A stretch of 64,000 bases of DNA. It comes from Malacoraja senta (Eukaryota). Made by a program: the position numbers and the translations under genes. Location of the stretch: assembly GCA_038087875.1 (NCBI GenBank), contig CM075995.1, positions 2,110,001 through 2,174,000 on the forward strand, in the 5' to 3' direction. Within the stretch, counting starts at the first letter, position 1; each line of letters opens with the position of its first letter. Positions 1-14,070 of this stretch are shown here, in pieces. The notes under the pieces were generated by a model. It was not told the DNA's origin. It saw only the letters and a list, made by a program, of their open reading frames with translations, and ran no database searches.

Positions 1-394
1 CCAGTGAAATAATATTGACAAATCAAGGGGAAAATGTCTTCAAATGGCATTCGCTTTTTACTTATTTGGAGACATGCCCGGAAATTAAATGTTTTATTTT
101 TACCCTGTCCATGGTTAAGATGAAAGTAAAACATAAATATTTTGACAAATATTTAGAAAGCCCTAAAGCAAAATACTGCAGATGCTGGAAATTAGATATT
201 AAAAACATTCAAAAGATCAAACACTAACTATGAACAAAGCATCCAACAATGACCTTTCATCAGAGCTCTTGGACTATCTGGCCATCAATATTTATACCCA
301 CAATATTTGTTAATCTTATTAAGCCATAGTTTACACTAATCATCACAAGAAGTGGGCAATGTAGAACAAGATTCAAACTTCGGAACACAAGGTG

Positions 395-940
395 TGTACG
401 AAAAAACTACAGATGCTGGTTTAACACCGAATATAGACACAAAAAGCAGGAATAACTCAGCGGGTCAGGAAGATATAAGGTATTGGTGACGTTTCGGGTC
501 GAGATCCTTCTTCAGACTGAGAGTCAGCGAAGAGAGAACGAGAGATACGAAAAGGTACATAGAACAAATTAATAAAATATATGCAAAAAAGACAGTTCAA
601 AGCCAGCAACAATGATCAAGGAAAGGTGGAGCCCACAATGGTTCATTGTGGGTGACAAGCTATACATACAGTTGAAACTTAGCAGGACATAAAAACATAG
701 AAGGAGGCCACACGACAGTGGAAACTATTACGACGACTAGGGTGGGAGAGGGACGGAGATGGAGAGGGGTTGCAAGAGTTACTTGAAGCTAGAGAGATCA
801 ATATTCATACTGCTGAGTTGTTTGCTGTCAAATGAAATATGAAGTGCTGTTCCTCCAGTTTACGCTTGACCTCACTTTGACAGTGGAGGAGGCCCAAAAC
901 AGAAGTCAGTGTGGGAATGGGAGTGGGGGGTGGGTTAAAC
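395..940 (-). mobile_element. Penelope-like element 3' fragment (GIY-YIG C-terminus remnant plus hammerhead-bearing 3' UTR)
   Basis: The minus strand near 835-860 encodes a KLEEQHFIF-like motif that is also seen in the 41577-42044 ORF. A hammerhead-like core sits at 488-515 (reverse complement CTGAAGAAGGATCTCGACCCGAAACGTC). Confidence 0.65.
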
Positions 941-1040
941 CTGCAGATATTCATCAATCTTTATTACAGTCACCTTGCTATACTAAATGTAGTCAGCCCA
1001 AGACTTGCCCAAGACATGTTGCCCACTAATCTTACTGTTA

Positions 1041-2103
1041 CATAGAAACATAGAAAATAGGTGCAGGAGTAGGCCAATCGGCCCCTTCGAGCCTGCACCG
1101 CCATTCAATATGATTCATGGATGATAATCCAACTCAGTATCCTGCACCTGCCTTCTCCCATACCCCCTGATCCCTTTAGCCCAAGGGCTACGTCTAACTC
1201 CCTCTTAAAGCATAGCCAATGAACTGGCCTCAACTACCTTCTGTGGCAGAGAATTCCACAGATTCACACTCTCTGTGTGAAAAATGTTTTTCTCATCTCG
1301 GTCCTAAAAGACTTCCCCCTTATCCTTAAACTGTGACCCCGTGTTCTGGACTTCCCAACATCGGGAACAATCTTCCTGCATCTAGCCTGTCCAACCCCTT
1401 AAGAATTTTGTAAGTTTCTATAAGATCCCCCCTCAATCTTCTAAATTCTAGCGAGTACAAGCCGAGTCTATCCAGTCTTTCTTCATATGAAAGTCCTGCC
1501 ATCCCAGGAATCAGTCTGGTGAACCTTCTCTGTACTCCCTCTATGGCAAGAATGTCTTTCCTCAGATTAGGAGACTAAAACTGTACACAATACTCCAGGT
1601 GTGGTCTCACCAAGGCCCTGTACAACTGCAGCAGAATCTCCCTGCTCCTATACTCAAATCCTTTCGCTATGAATGCTAACATACCATTCGCTTTCTTCAC
1701 TGCCTGCTGCACCTGCATGCCTACTTTCATGACTGGTGTACCATGACACCCAGTTCTCTTTGCATCTCCTCTTTTCCTAATCGGCCACCATTCAGATAAT
1801 AGTCTACTTTCCTGTTCTTGCCACCAAAGTGGATAACCTCACATTTATCCACATTATACTGCATCTGCCATGCATTTGCCCACTCACCCAACCTATCCAA
1901 GTCACCTTGCAGCCTCCTAGCATCCTCCTCACAGCTAACACTGCCCCCCAGCTTCGTGTCATCCGCAAACTTGGAGATGTTGCATTCAATTCCCTCGTCC
2001 AAATCATTAATATATATTGTAAATAGCTGGGGTCCCAGTACCGAGCCTTGCGGTACCCACTAGTCACTGCCTGCCATTCTGAAAAGGACCCGTTTACTCC
2101 TAC
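1041..2103 (-). mobile_element. 5'-truncated CR1 LINE (RT C-terminal part plus 3' UTR)
   Basis: ORF 1727-2002 reads SKFADDTKLGGSVSCEEDARRLQGDLDRLGEWANAWQMQYNVDKCEVIHFG. A CATAGAAA microsatellite tail lies at 1041-1060. Confidence 0.92.
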
Positions 2104-2879
2104 TATTTACTCCTACTCCTACTCTACTCGTTACGGTGGATGTACGATCATACCACAGAGCACCTCTTTGATTTTTCTTTCAACTTGAGAGAAACACCTG
2201 GCCACTGCTTTGCATATGAACAATCGAATAGCTGAGTGGGAACTTGTGAGATTATGCTTGTTGGCTAAAGCTTTTTTATGTGCAATAGAGCCAACACCTT
2301 GTGCTATCCGGCTGTAATGCTTTTTCAAGTCTTTTATTCGAATTTTGTTTCCATGTTGCATTACAACATGGAAACAAAATTCGTATAAAAGACTTGAAAA
2401 AGCAGCCCTAGTTCAAAGCTCACAAAGTGAGTAATAATTAGCCAGATAAGTGTCGACCTGTCAGCTCAGAATTCAGTCTGCCTTTTCAAAGACTTCCTTC
2501 GACTTTTGTTCGTTAACAATATTATTACAGTATACCGATCCGAGAAGCTTCATCATTATTTAAACCTTAGACTTATCCTTGACATATCTTTTAAAACATT
2601 TGCAGATCTTCAAGTTTTAGTCTATTATATTTGGAGGCATATGATTTTTTTTTTAAACTGTAGCTACATATATTTTGTGTCCTAAGGGACTGTAACCAAT
2701 AAAGTACTTCTAAATGTGTAGGAAGGAACTGCAGATGCTTGTTTAAACCAAAGATAGACACAAAATGCTGCAATAATTCAGGGGGCAACAGCATCTCTGG
2801 AGAGAAGGAATGGGTGATGTTTCAGGTCGAGACCCTTCTGCAGTACTCCTAAACTATGGTTATGAATATGTCGATAAAG

Positions 2880-3416
2880 ATTAGTTCAGAGATACCACGT
2901 GTAAACAGGCCCTTCGACCCAACGAGTCCATGCCAACCAACGCACACCCATACATTAGTTCTGCGTTATCCCAGTTTTGCATCCTACACACTGAGGACAA
3001 TTTACAAAAGCCAATTAACCTACAAACCTGAAGGTAGACACAAAATGCTGGAGTAACTCTACGGGACAGGCAATATCTCTGGATAGAAGGAATGGGTGAC
3101 GTTTCAGGTCGAGACCATTCTTCAGTCCTGAAACGTCACCCACTCCTTCAGTCCAGAGATGCTGCCTGACCTGCTGAGTTACTCCAGCAATTTGTGTCTA
3201 TCTTCAGTGTACACCAGCATCTGCAGTTCCTTCCTACACAACCGACAAACCTCCACATCTTTGGAATGTAGGAGATGACCAGAGAACAAGGAGAAAACTC
3301 ACATGGTCACAGGGGAGAATGCACAAACTTTGTGTAGACAGCACAAACGCTGGATTGTACCCAGGTCTCTCGCGCTGTAAGGCAGCAACTCTACCGCTGC
3401 ACCACTGTGCCACCGC
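2880..3416 (-). mobile_element. tRNA-derived SINE (HE1/V-SINE-like), interrupted by an inverted pair of Penelope-derived termini (~3030-3240)
   Basis: The reverse complement has a tRNA-like head (GGCACAGTGGTGCAGCGGTAGAGTTGCTGCCTTACAGCG) at ~3375-3413. The SINE body resumes on the other side of the insert. Confidence 0.75.
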
Positions 3417-4661
3417 AAACCAAACACAGCACAGAAAGGTCCAAGCATCACATAGATTGTGAGTTAATTTATGTTGATGGCGTTCATCCAACGATAAATG
3501 TTGCTTGGATTATGGGCAAAAACTCTTCAAAATAATTGTCAGAGCTTCTCTATCCAACTAAACAGATACACGGGTTTCAGATCAACAAGTACTGAGAGGT
3601 AATGCCTCAGTTAATGAAATGAAATATTAGTTCAATCTTTGTCCTCAATACCAAATACTGGGACATAAATCATATTTACTTTGCTTTATAATTCAGTATA
3701 AAGTATGAACTGGGCAGAAAGCGATGGCAATGCTTAGAAGAATAGCATTGATACGGAATTAATGGTGACAGTTTATAACTTCAGTAGTTCTAGGAGCAGA
3801 GTTAGGCCATTCGGCCCATCAAGTCTACTCCACCATTCAAATCGTGGCTGATCTATCTTTCCCTCGCAACCCCATTCTCCTGCCTTCTCTCCATAACCCC
3901 TGACACCTTTATAATGATGATTCTTTAATAATGATTGCAAAGCAGACAGGATTCATTGTCAGTGCTGTTCTTACAGCAACTGATGTTGTCTCCACATGAC
4001 CTGTTGCATGTGGAAATTCAGGACTGCTGTTACCCTGCACCGATGCATTCTAGATAAACACAAAATGCTGGAGTGATTCAGTGGGACAGGCAGCATCTCT
4101 GGGCTCTCTCTGGGCAATACATTCTAATTCTGTCTTCGAAACAGCTGCTTATAAATGCACCTCTCCTCCATTCACAGCAATATTCTGGAAAAATTAGTCT
4201 GCATTCACCAGGAGAAATTACTGGTCCTGTTTCTCTGCTGCCTTGAAAATCCTACTTTCTGGTTAAGTTGCGCCCTTCCCAAAGTTCTTAAACATAACAG
4301 TTTTAACAGTTGATTAATTTTTAAGGCATTGAAAATATACTTTGGTTTACCCGCCATTCCATTATTTCAAGCAAGTCTTGCAGCAGAGAAAAAGGCCCAT
4401 CGGTCGAGCACGTTCCAGATTCCAAACACTCTTGAGATAAAAACGTTATTTCCTCAGATCCCTCTTACCCAAACCCAAGCCTCTCTAGCTTTGGCCATCT
4501 CTGCTCCCTGGGGAAAACCTTCCTGCTATCCAACTTATCTGTTGCCTTCATGAATTAGAATACTTCTAACCGCCCCTCCCCCCTCACATTAGACTCTTCA
4601 ACTCTGAGGAAAACAAGTCTATCCAGCCAACATCCTGATGAATCTTTCCTGCACCCTCTTC

Positions 4662-5370
4662 TGTGTAATCATGTGGCATATAATCAGGATGCATCACAGC
4701 ATGGTTTGGGAACAGCTCCATCCAAGACCAAAGTGCAGCGAATTGTGGACGTAGCCTAGACCATCCCACAAACCAACTTCCATTGACTCTATTTACACCT
4801 CACGCTGCCTCGGCAAGGCCAGCGGCATAATCAAGGACTGAGTCGCACTCTGCCCACTCCCTCTTCTCCCCTCACCCATCGGGCAAAGGTATAGGTGTGA
4901 AAACGCACACCTCCAGATTCAGGGACAGCTTCTTCCCAGCTGTTAACAGGCAACTGAACCATCCTAACACAACTAGAGAGCAGTCCTAAACTACTATCGA
5001 CCTCATTGGTGACCCTTGGACTATCTTTGATTGGACTTTACTGGGCTTTATCTTGCACTAAACGTTATTCACATTATTCTCTTACTGTAGCGGCTTTTCT
5101 GAAGTTTCTTCCCAGCTGTTATCAGGCAACTGAACCATTCTATTAACAACTAGAGAGCGGCCCTGAGCTGCTATCTACCTTGTTAGAGACCCTTGGACTA
5201 CCTTTAATAGGACTTTACTGGACTTTATCTTTCACTAAACATTATCCCCTTTATCATGTACTGTGGATGGCTCAATTGTAATCATGCATTGCCTTGCCGC
5301 TGACTGGTTGGCATACAACAAATGCTTTCACTGTACCTCAGTACACGTGACAATAAACTAAACTCAATAC
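4662..5370 (+). mobile_element. Rex1/Babar-type LINE 3' fragment with a partly duplicated 3' UTR
   Basis: Degraded ITAWFG...RCLGKAS.IIKD.SH...RFRDSFFPAV coding signature. The 3' tail is GTGACAATAAACTAAACT. Confidence 0.7.
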
Positions 5371-5524
5371 TGCAAAGGTGAATTCTGTGGACTTATTGAC
5401 TGCGGACCACCTGAATTCTATGCGTGGTTTAAAATGTCAATAAGTCAAGTAGATATGGGCAGGGAAATGGCAGATAAGTTTAAGGTAAGCAAATTTCAGG
5501 TATTGCACTTAAGGAAGCCAAATG

Positions 5525-5772
5525 TTTGTTTAGTTTAGTTTGAAACAGGCCCTTCGGCCCACAGAGTCCGCATCGACCATCGATCCCTACACATTAACAC
5601 ACTAGGGACAATTTTATATTTATACTATGCCAATTAACCTACGAACCTGTGCGTCTTTCGAGTGTTGGACGAAACGTACAAACTCCGTACAGACAAGCAC
5701 CCGTTGTCAGGATCGAACCCGAGACTCTGACGCAGCAAGGTAACAACTCTACCGCTGCGCTACTGTGCCGTC
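5525..5772 (-). mobile_element. tRNA-derived SINE inserted in a degraded CR1 fragment
   Basis: Same consensus as the SINE at 25972-26277. The flanks are CR1-like RT remnants (5460-5520 and 5780-6070). Confidence 0.7.
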
Positions 5773-6496
5773 CGCAGCGGGAAAGTATGCAGTTCATCGA
5801 AAGACCCTGAACAGCTTTTTTGTACAGTGTGGATCTTGATGTCCAAGTCCATAAGAGTCAGGAATTCATGTTGCAGCTTTATAGATATTCAGTTAGGCTG
5901 CATTTGGAGTATTGTGTGCAGCTCTAGGTTCCCCCATTACAGGAAAGACGTGGAGGGGATGCAGAAATGGTTCACCACAATGCTGCCTGGATTACAGGGT
6001 ATTAGCAATAAGAAGAGTTTGGACAAACTTGGACTGTTTTCTCTGGATCATCGGAGTATGAGGGAAGACCTACAGTTGCACCATTGCAAGCAACTTTTGG
6101 GTTATATCACAGCTTGGTTTGGGAAACAGCTCTGCCCAAGGCCGCGAGGAATTGCGGAGAGTTATAGATGTAGGCCCAGTCCATTCCACAGTTCTGATTT
6201 CTCTGCCATCTACATTTTACGCTGCCTCAAAAAAGCAGCCAACATAATTAAAGACTTGTCCCACTCCCACTCCAGTCATTCCCCCTTCTCTGTTTGCCAG
6301 ACCAAGAGATGACGGCCTTCGAGAGTAGTCGAACAGTACCAGAATGGACCACCTAAACCACCGGGGAGGGGCCAAGATACCGGCTCGCAAAGTCAGCCTC
6401 AGAAGTCAGCTTCGGCAACAGATCTGCCAGCTTTGTCCTGGTGGAGTTCCAGAGCCCCTGCCGCAGAGGGCAAATTTGATTTTCCAATGTTCTATA

Positions 6497-7975
6497 GACT
6501 CAGGATTAGTTCCTGTGGATTAGAGGGTAGCTAATGTTATCCCACTTTTTAAGAAAGGCAGGAGAGAGAAAACAGGGAATTATAGACCAGTTAGCCTGAC
6601 ATCGGTGGTGGGAAAGATGCTGGAGTCAATTATAAAAGATGAGATCGCCGAACATTTGGATAGCAGTAACAGGATCGGTCCGAGTCAGCATGGATATACC
6701 AAGGGGAAATCATGCTTGACTAATCTTCTGGAATTTTTTGAAGATGTAACTAGGAAAATGGACAAGGGAGAGCCAGTGGATGTAGTGTACCTGGACTTTC
6801 AGAAAGCATTTGATAAGGTCCCACATAGGAGATTAGTGGGCAAAATTAGGGCACATGGTAGTGGGGGCAGAGTGCTGACAAAGGATGAGAAGTGGTTGGC
6901 AGACGGGAAACAAAGAGTAGGGATTAACGGGTCCCTTTCAGAATGGTAGGCAGTGTCTAGTGGGGTACCGCAAGGCTCAGTGCTGGGACCGCAGCTATTT
7001 ACAATATACATCAATGATTTAGATGAAGGGATTCAAAGTAACATTAGCAAATTTGCAGATGATACAAAGCTGGGTGGCAGTGTGAACTGTGAGGAGGATG
7101 CTATGAGAATGCAGGGTGACTTGGACAGGTTGGGTGAGTGGGCAGATGCATGGCAGATGAAGTTTAATGCGGATAAATGTGAGGTTATCCACTTTGGTAG
7201 CAAAAACAGGAAGGCAGGTTACTATCTAAATGCCGTCAAGTTGGGAAAAGGGGAAGTACAACGGGATCTGGGGGTCCTTGTTCATCAGTCTATGAAAGTA
7301 AGCATGCAGGTACAGCAGGCAGTGAAGAAAGCAAATGGCATGTTGGCCTTTATAACAAGAGGAATCGAATATAGGAGCAAAGTGGTCCTTCTGCAGTTGT
7401 ACAGAGCCCTAATGAGATCACACCTGGAGTATTGTGTGCAGTTTTGGTCCCCTAATTTGAGGAAGGACATTCTTGCTATTGAGGGAGTGCAGCGTAGGTT
7501 TACAAGTATAATTCGCAGGATGGTGGGACTGTCATATGCTGAGAGAATGGAGCAGCTGGGCTTGTACACTCTGGAGTTGAGAAGGATGAGAGGGAATCTC
7601 ATTGAAACATATAAGATTGTTAAGGGTTTGGACATGCTAGAGGCAGGAAACATGTTCCCGATGTCGGGGGAGTCCAGAACCAGGGGCCACAGTTTAAGAA
7701 TAAAGAGTAAGCCATTTAGAACGGAGACGAGGAAACACTTTTTCTCACAGAGAGTGGTGAGTCTGTGGAATTCTCTGCCTCAGAGGGCAGTGGAGGCAGG
7801 TTCTCTGGATGCGTTCAAGAGAGAGCTAAAAATAGCGGAGTCAGGGGAAATAGGGAGAAGGCAGGAACGGGGTACTGATTGGGGATGATCAGCCATGATC
7901 ACATTGAATGGCGGTGCTCCTACTCCTGCACACATTGAATGGCCTACTCCTGCACCTATTGTCTATTGTCTATTG
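6497..7975 (+). mobile_element. Young 5'-truncated CR1 LINE; RT frame broken only by TAG at 6947-6949
   Basis: Contiguous RT motifs NYRPVSLTSVVGK, KGKSCLTNLLEFF, YLDFQKAFDKVPH, GVPQGSVLGP and FADDTKL in ORFs 6605-6949 and 6953-7888. (CTATTGT)n tail at 7956-7975. No endonuclease domain is present. Confidence 0.95.
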
Positions 7976-9809
7976 ACCCGCCGATTGGCCACAGAAGTCG
8001 GCTATGGGAATGGATCTGCCGGTTCTGGCTGTGCCGGAGTTCATCCCGCTGATCAGCCGTGGAAGAATCGATGAGGTCGAGATCGGCCGCCTCACCCAGC
8101 CTAGGCGCCACATCCACGGGGATTTCATGTGTGCTCTCGCTATTTTATCCAGATTAAAGGAGGAGTCGCACCACCAATTGCCGGAAAACTTGCGGTGGAC
8201 CTGGGCTTGAGTTTGACTTGATTGTATTATGTATCATATTACCTGATGTGATTGGATAGTAGACAAAGCAAAGATTTTCACTGTACCTCCATGACAGTAA
8301 TCAACCTAAACCCGACAGATGTTTACAAAATTATGAGAGACAGTCTGAACCTTTTCCCAGGGTGGAAATGTTAAAAACTAAAGGGCATAGCTTTAAGGTG
8401 AGAGGAGGAAAATATAAAGGAGATGCGTGAGGCAATTTTCTTTTTTCACAAGAGTGGTGGGTGCCTGGATACACAGGGAATGAATCTCATGTAGGATTAG
8501 CTTAATTTGGCACCATGTTCGACACAGGCATCGTGGGCCAAAGGGCCTGGTCCTGTGCTGCACTGTTCTATCTTTCGATGTTTCATAACAAAAGAACAAT
8601 TCGGTTACCAAAATGCCTGGTGGATGAAGAAGGGTCTCGACCCGAAACGTCACCCATTCTTTCTCTCCAGAGATGCTGCCTGTCCCGCTAAGTTACTCCA
8701 ACATTTTGTGTCTAGACTGGTAGATGAAACTAGATCAACTAGAATCAAAATATCCAATATAAAAATGGTGTCATTTTAAAGAGGTGCAGGAACAAAGATT
8801 ATGTCTGCACACAAATGCTTGAAATAGCATGATTTTTTAATAATCTTCACAATATGCGTATAAGATTCTTGGCTTTATTAATAGTACAAAATCAAAGAAG
8901 TTATGCTAAACATTTATGGCTAGACCTCAGCTAGACTACTGCTCAATACTGCATGCCAAACTTTGGGCAGGTTGTCAAGGACACAGAGGGGATGCGGACG
9001 GGGATTTACCAGAGCAAAATTAGGAATTTAATTGCATCAGGAGACAAGCTCATTGTTTTCCTTGAGCGGAAGATCTGATTGAAAAGTTCAAAATTTAAAG
9101 GATTTGTGATAGCATCTGTTTTCGGTAGCGGAAGGGTCGGCAATCTGATGAAACTGATTTAAGGTTTTTAGCAAAAGCTCAAAAGTTCGCAAGTTCATAA
9201 GTTCATAAGTTCTAGGAGTGGAATTAGGCCATTCAGCCCATCAAGTCTGCTCCGCCATTCAATCAGTCTATCTTTCCCTCTCAACCCCATTCTTCTGCCT
9301 TTGCCCCATAACCCCCGACACCCGTACTAATCAAAAGATCCGGAGGAACAGTTGGAAAATGTCTTCCCCCCTATAATTACTGCCATCTGTCATGCACTGC
9401 TGAAAAAGATAATGGGAGCAGATTGAATAATAACATCAAAATGTAAATTGGATTATTGTTTGAAATAAAAGCAATCATATAGCCATGGGAAAAAAAGCAG
9501 GGAACTGGGACTGAATGAACAGATCTACAAAGCAGACAGTAAAGGAAGAGACAGCCAAGTGGTCTCATTCTTTGCTGGATTCATTCATGGATTAGCAAGG
9601 GAAAGTGCAGGAAAATCCAAAATAATGTTAAGCATCAAGGGAAACTACATACAGCAGCCTTTCAGCATAGTGTCTATACACTGTGCAGAGTAGATTTGAT
9701 TTAAATTCAAATATTGGAATAATTGTTTCCTCTCTGACATAATGTCCTTGAAAGAAATGCAACAAGACAGTTTTAAATCAATTCCAAGAAACTGTGCATC
9801 ATCAAGTTA

Positions 9810-10180
9810 TTCCTTGGAGCGCAGGAGGATGAGGGGTGGTCTAAACGAGGTGTACAAAGTCATGAGATGAATAGATCGTGTAAACGCACAGAGTAGGGGA
9901 ATCGAGAACTAGAGGACATAGGTTTAAGGTGAGGGGGGGAAAGATTTAATGGGAACCTAAGGGGTAACTTTGTTACACAAAGGGTGGTGGATGTATGGAA
10001 CAAGCTGCTGGAGGAGGTAGTTGAGGCATGTACTATCGCAACGTTTAGACAGGTACATGGATGGGATAGGATTAGAGGGATATGAGCCAAAAGAATGCAG
10101 GTGGACTGGTGGAACATGTTGGTCAGCATGGGCAAGTTGAGCCGTGGGGCCTGTTTCCACGCTGTATGACTATGACTCTA
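9810..10180 (+). mobile_element. CR1-family 3' fragment (second subfamily)
   Basis: ESRTRGHRFKV...FVTQRVVDVWNKL signature with a (TATGAC)-type tail. Related copies lie at 14595-14947, 23090-23395 and 62530-62900. Confidence 0.75.
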
Positions 10181-10724
10181 AGTTAAGTTTATTGTCATAT
10201 GCACAAGGTGAGGTACAGGTGCAATGAAAAGCTTGTGCAAAAGTGCATAAACTGGTTATTAAACCAAGAGACATCAGTGTAAGTGTGTATCAACCGATGC
10301 TCACATTTACCGAATAGAGAAATAGGCCCTGTTATAATTCAAAAAGCCTCATATTGTGGAAATGATTAAAGGACACTCTAAAATCTGTCCTAAGCTGCTT
10401 TCAAGAACAGATTTACATGCAGTGAGAATGGAAGTACGTTTCACTCTTGAGCAATGGCACCAGTCGCAGAAATACATCAAAAACGACTATCTATCTCATT
10501 GGAGACTCTTGCACTATCTTTGATCGGACTTTACTGGCTTTATCTTGCACTACACGCTATTGACATTAATTCCCCCCCCCTCCCCCTTTATCATGTATCT
10601 GTACTCTCTGGAAGGTGCGATTGTTTTCATGTATTGTCCTTCCGCTGACTGGTTAGCAGACAACAAAACTTTTTTATTGTACCTCGGTACACGTGACAAT
10701 AAACTAAACTCAAACACAAAATGA

Positions 10725-11095
10725 CAAAGAACAGCTTACCCAGTGGTACGAATATTAATTTCTCTAACTTCAAGTAACCCTTGCTTTCCCTCTCTCTCCA
10801 TCCTTCCCCCGCCCTAGTTGCCTGACTAGTTTCACTGTCCTGATTAATTTTACTGTTTGGATGCCTCATTGTCACCTTCCCCATAACCAACAAAATGTCC
10901 ATTTCCTTGTTCATTGTCTGCTTTGATCTGTCCTTTTCACGCCTTACATGCTCTTTGTACCCTTCCATATCTCTAGCTCCCTCCCCTCTCCGACTTTCAG
11001 TCTGAAGATGGGTCTCGACCCAAAACCTCACCTATTCCTCTCCAGAAATGCTGCCTGTCCCGCTGAGTTACTCCGCCATTTTTGTGTCTATCTTC
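10725..11095 (+). mobile_element. Penelope-like 3' UTR fragment with a degenerate hammerhead core
   Basis: Homologous to the reverse complement of 395-830. Contains CTGAAGATGGGTCTCGACCCAAAACCTC near 11002. Confidence 0.6.
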
Positions 11096-12194
11096 AAAGT
11101 AAGAACATACTTGGATCGTTCTTGTGCGAGATATTATAAGACGCAAATGACTTACAATAATTCAATAAAATAGCATAACAAGCTTCTATGCACAATAACA
11201 ACTATACTACAGTGGGCAGCTTTATGAACCAAACAGTTGGATACCTGAATTGAAAGCTGCTTGGCGTCTTTTTATTTGCTTCACCTACTGCAAGTGAACT
11301 GTGGCAAACAGTGGGAGACTGGCCATTAGCCCAGACCAACTATGGCGAGCGCAAACACAGTCTGTGACAGGAAATAACCAAGCCTCCTGGTTATAGCCTG
11401 AAAATCTATTAAAAAAATAGTATTGGAACTTAAAGTTTAAGCATTTCTGCAATATGACTGCATGCCAACATTTATAAATCATGGTTTTATCGTGAAATGT
11501 TTATTTAAATGTAAGGTTGAGAGAGAGAAAAAAATTCTGAAACAAAAATAATGTCAAAAATCTGAACAAGACCAATAGTATAAATTAATGTTGGGCGCAG
11601 AAATTGAAAAGAAACAGCATACTGAATATTTGGGAACTGGACTCTGTAGAAACCGATGAATAGAAATTAAATCAAATTTTACAGTAAAAAGCAAAGTGCT
11701 GGAGAGACTCAGTGGGTCCGGCAGCATCTGTGGAGGGAATGAACAGACAATGATTGAACCGATGACAAGCGCAGGCAGGTGGGACTAGTGAAGATCGGGC
11801 CTGTGCTCGAGTGAGCAAGTTGGGCCGAAGGGCCTGTTTCCATGCTGTATGACTCTAAGACTCGTTCCCATGTCGCCCTTTCTGTCCTGGGCCTTGCAAA
11901 TTGGAAGAACAAAATTGGAAGAACAGCATTTCATATTCCGACCAGGTAGCTTACAGTCCAAGTTTATGAACAGTGAACACACCAATTTCAAGCATTACCC
12001 ACTCCCTACATCATCATACCCACCCCCCCCTCCCCTTCTGCTACAATCCCACCCCGGTGAGCACACTTTCCTCCATCTCACACCACCATAGTCACTCTGC
12101 TCCTTACCTCTCCTCCATATGTTCATCTCCCATCCCCAAGCCCCATACTTCTCTTTTATCCCCCCTCTTTCCCGTCCCCACCATTTTGTCCATA

Positions 12195-12418
12195 TCTGTG
12201 GAATTCTCTGCCTCAGAGGGCGGTGGAGGCAGGTTCTCTGGATGCTTTCAAGAGAAAGCTAGATAGGGCTCTTAAAAATAGCGGAGTCAGGGGATATGGG
12301 GAGAAGGCAGGAACGGGGTACTGATTGGGGATGATCAGCCATGATCACATTGAATGGTGGTGCTGGCTCGAAGGGCCGAATGGCCTACTCCTTCATGCAC
12401 CTATTGTCTATTGTCTAT
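12195..12418 (+). mobile_element. Short CR1 3' end
   Basis: Near-identical to 7762-7975, including the CTATTGT tail. Confidence 0.85.
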
Positions 12419-13714
12419 CCCACCCTCTGGCTTTTTATTTCTCTCCTCCTCTTCCTTCACTTCAATTTAGAGTGATCAATTAATCTAGTGAGGGCAGGTG
12501 AGGGGAAACTGGAGCATCCTGAGGAAATCCATGTAGCTGCCGGGAGATTGTGCAAACTATACACACACAGTACAGAGGTCAGGACTGAACCCAGGATGCT
12601 GGAGCTGTAAGGCTGCAACTTTACCAGCTGCAGTACTGTGTCATTAACTCTGGAAGATCCCTGACATTTATCTGGCCATCGGCCTCACCGAGAAGTTGCC
12701 AAGGTCATCTGTCACATCTTATCATTGTACCAAAATATATGAATAGATGAAAAGACTTCAACGACCAGGTTCAGGAATAGCTACTTCCCCACAGCCATCA
12801 GGCTATTAAACCTGGCTCGGACAAAACACTGAACTTTATTAGCCAATTATTTGCACTTTATCAGTATATTGATTCATGTGTGTATATATTTATAGAATGG
12901 TATATGGACACACTGATCTGTTTTGTAGTCAATGCCTACTATGTTCTGTTGTGCTGAAGCAAAGCAAGAATTTCATTGTCCTATCAGGGACACATGACAA
13001 TAAACTCACTTGAACACTTGAATTTGTGCTTTTATTATGAGGGAGTATTCCCCACTCGATTCCTCCCCTTTATCCACTTTTCGTGAGAGTGAATGAAAGC
13101 TTCTTGCATCTACTCCACCTACATTTACATGGCTCCTTACCTACAACAGGATGCCATGTTCATAAGTTACAGGGGCAGAATTAGGCCATTCGGCCCATCA
13201 ATTCTACTCCACCATGACTGGTCTATCTTTCCCTCTCAACCCCATTCTCCTGCCATTTCCCCCAAACCCCTGACACCTGCACTGATGTTCAAGAGAAAAT
13301 GATGGCAAAACCACGAAATGAGTTGAAAAGAATGAGAATATCACAATCCAGGCATTGCTAAATTGACAACCATTGTAGGTTATCAAAGAGGCATCGGTAG
13401 ATAAGGCGCAATTTTGGACCGCCTCAACTTTAAAGAGAGTAAGACGAGGACAACAGCCAGGAATGCATTGAAATAGTCAGCTCCAGGCCTAATGAAGGTT
13501 TCAACAACAGACTGGCGCAGGGCCAAAGTTGGGTGATTTTATGACTTGGGCATGACAAGGATATGTGAGCGAATACTCAGCTTGAGGTAACACATAATGC
13601 CAAGTTTGTGAAAAGTTCAGCTAATTTTCAGAGAGGGAAAGGAGTGGTTTAGACAAAACTGTTTGTGATAGGGATTTAAGGTTACCACTTCACATATCCC
13701 AGAGTAATCCATCT

Positions 13715-14070
13715 ACACTTCACGCCAACTCAGCAAGGCCACCACCATAATCAAGGACCAATCTCACCCTGGCCATGCCCCCTTCTCCCCTCTCCCTTCA
13801 GGCAAAAGGTATAGAAGTGTGGAAACACACACCTCCAGATTCAGGGACAGTTTCTTCCCAGCTGTTATGAGGCAACTGAACCATCTTATCACCAACTAGA
13901 GAGTGATGTTGCCTCATTGGAGACACTCGGACTATCTTTAAGGGGACTTTATCTTGCACTAAACATTATTCCCTTTGTCCTGTATCTGTACACTGAGATC
14001 ATGTATAGTCTTTCCACTGACTGTATAGCACACAACATACCTCGGTGCACATGACAATCAATTAAACTAA
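13715..14070 (+). mobile_element. Rex1/Babar-type LINE 3' fragment
   Basis: Encodes IIKDQSHPGH..FSPLPSGKRYRSV.T.TSRFRDSFFPAV, followed by the family 3' UTR. Confidence 0.75.

Noticed and set aside
6605..7888. Functional reverse transcriptase gene or retron-like system
   Set aside because: It is a 5'-truncated CR1 ORF2 with an in-frame stop, no endonuclease domain and a typical LINE tail.
11285..11397. Minus-strand exon-like segment after TTTTCAG
   Set aside because: All three frames hit stop codons and no protein similarity is recognisable. At most it is a non-coding exon.
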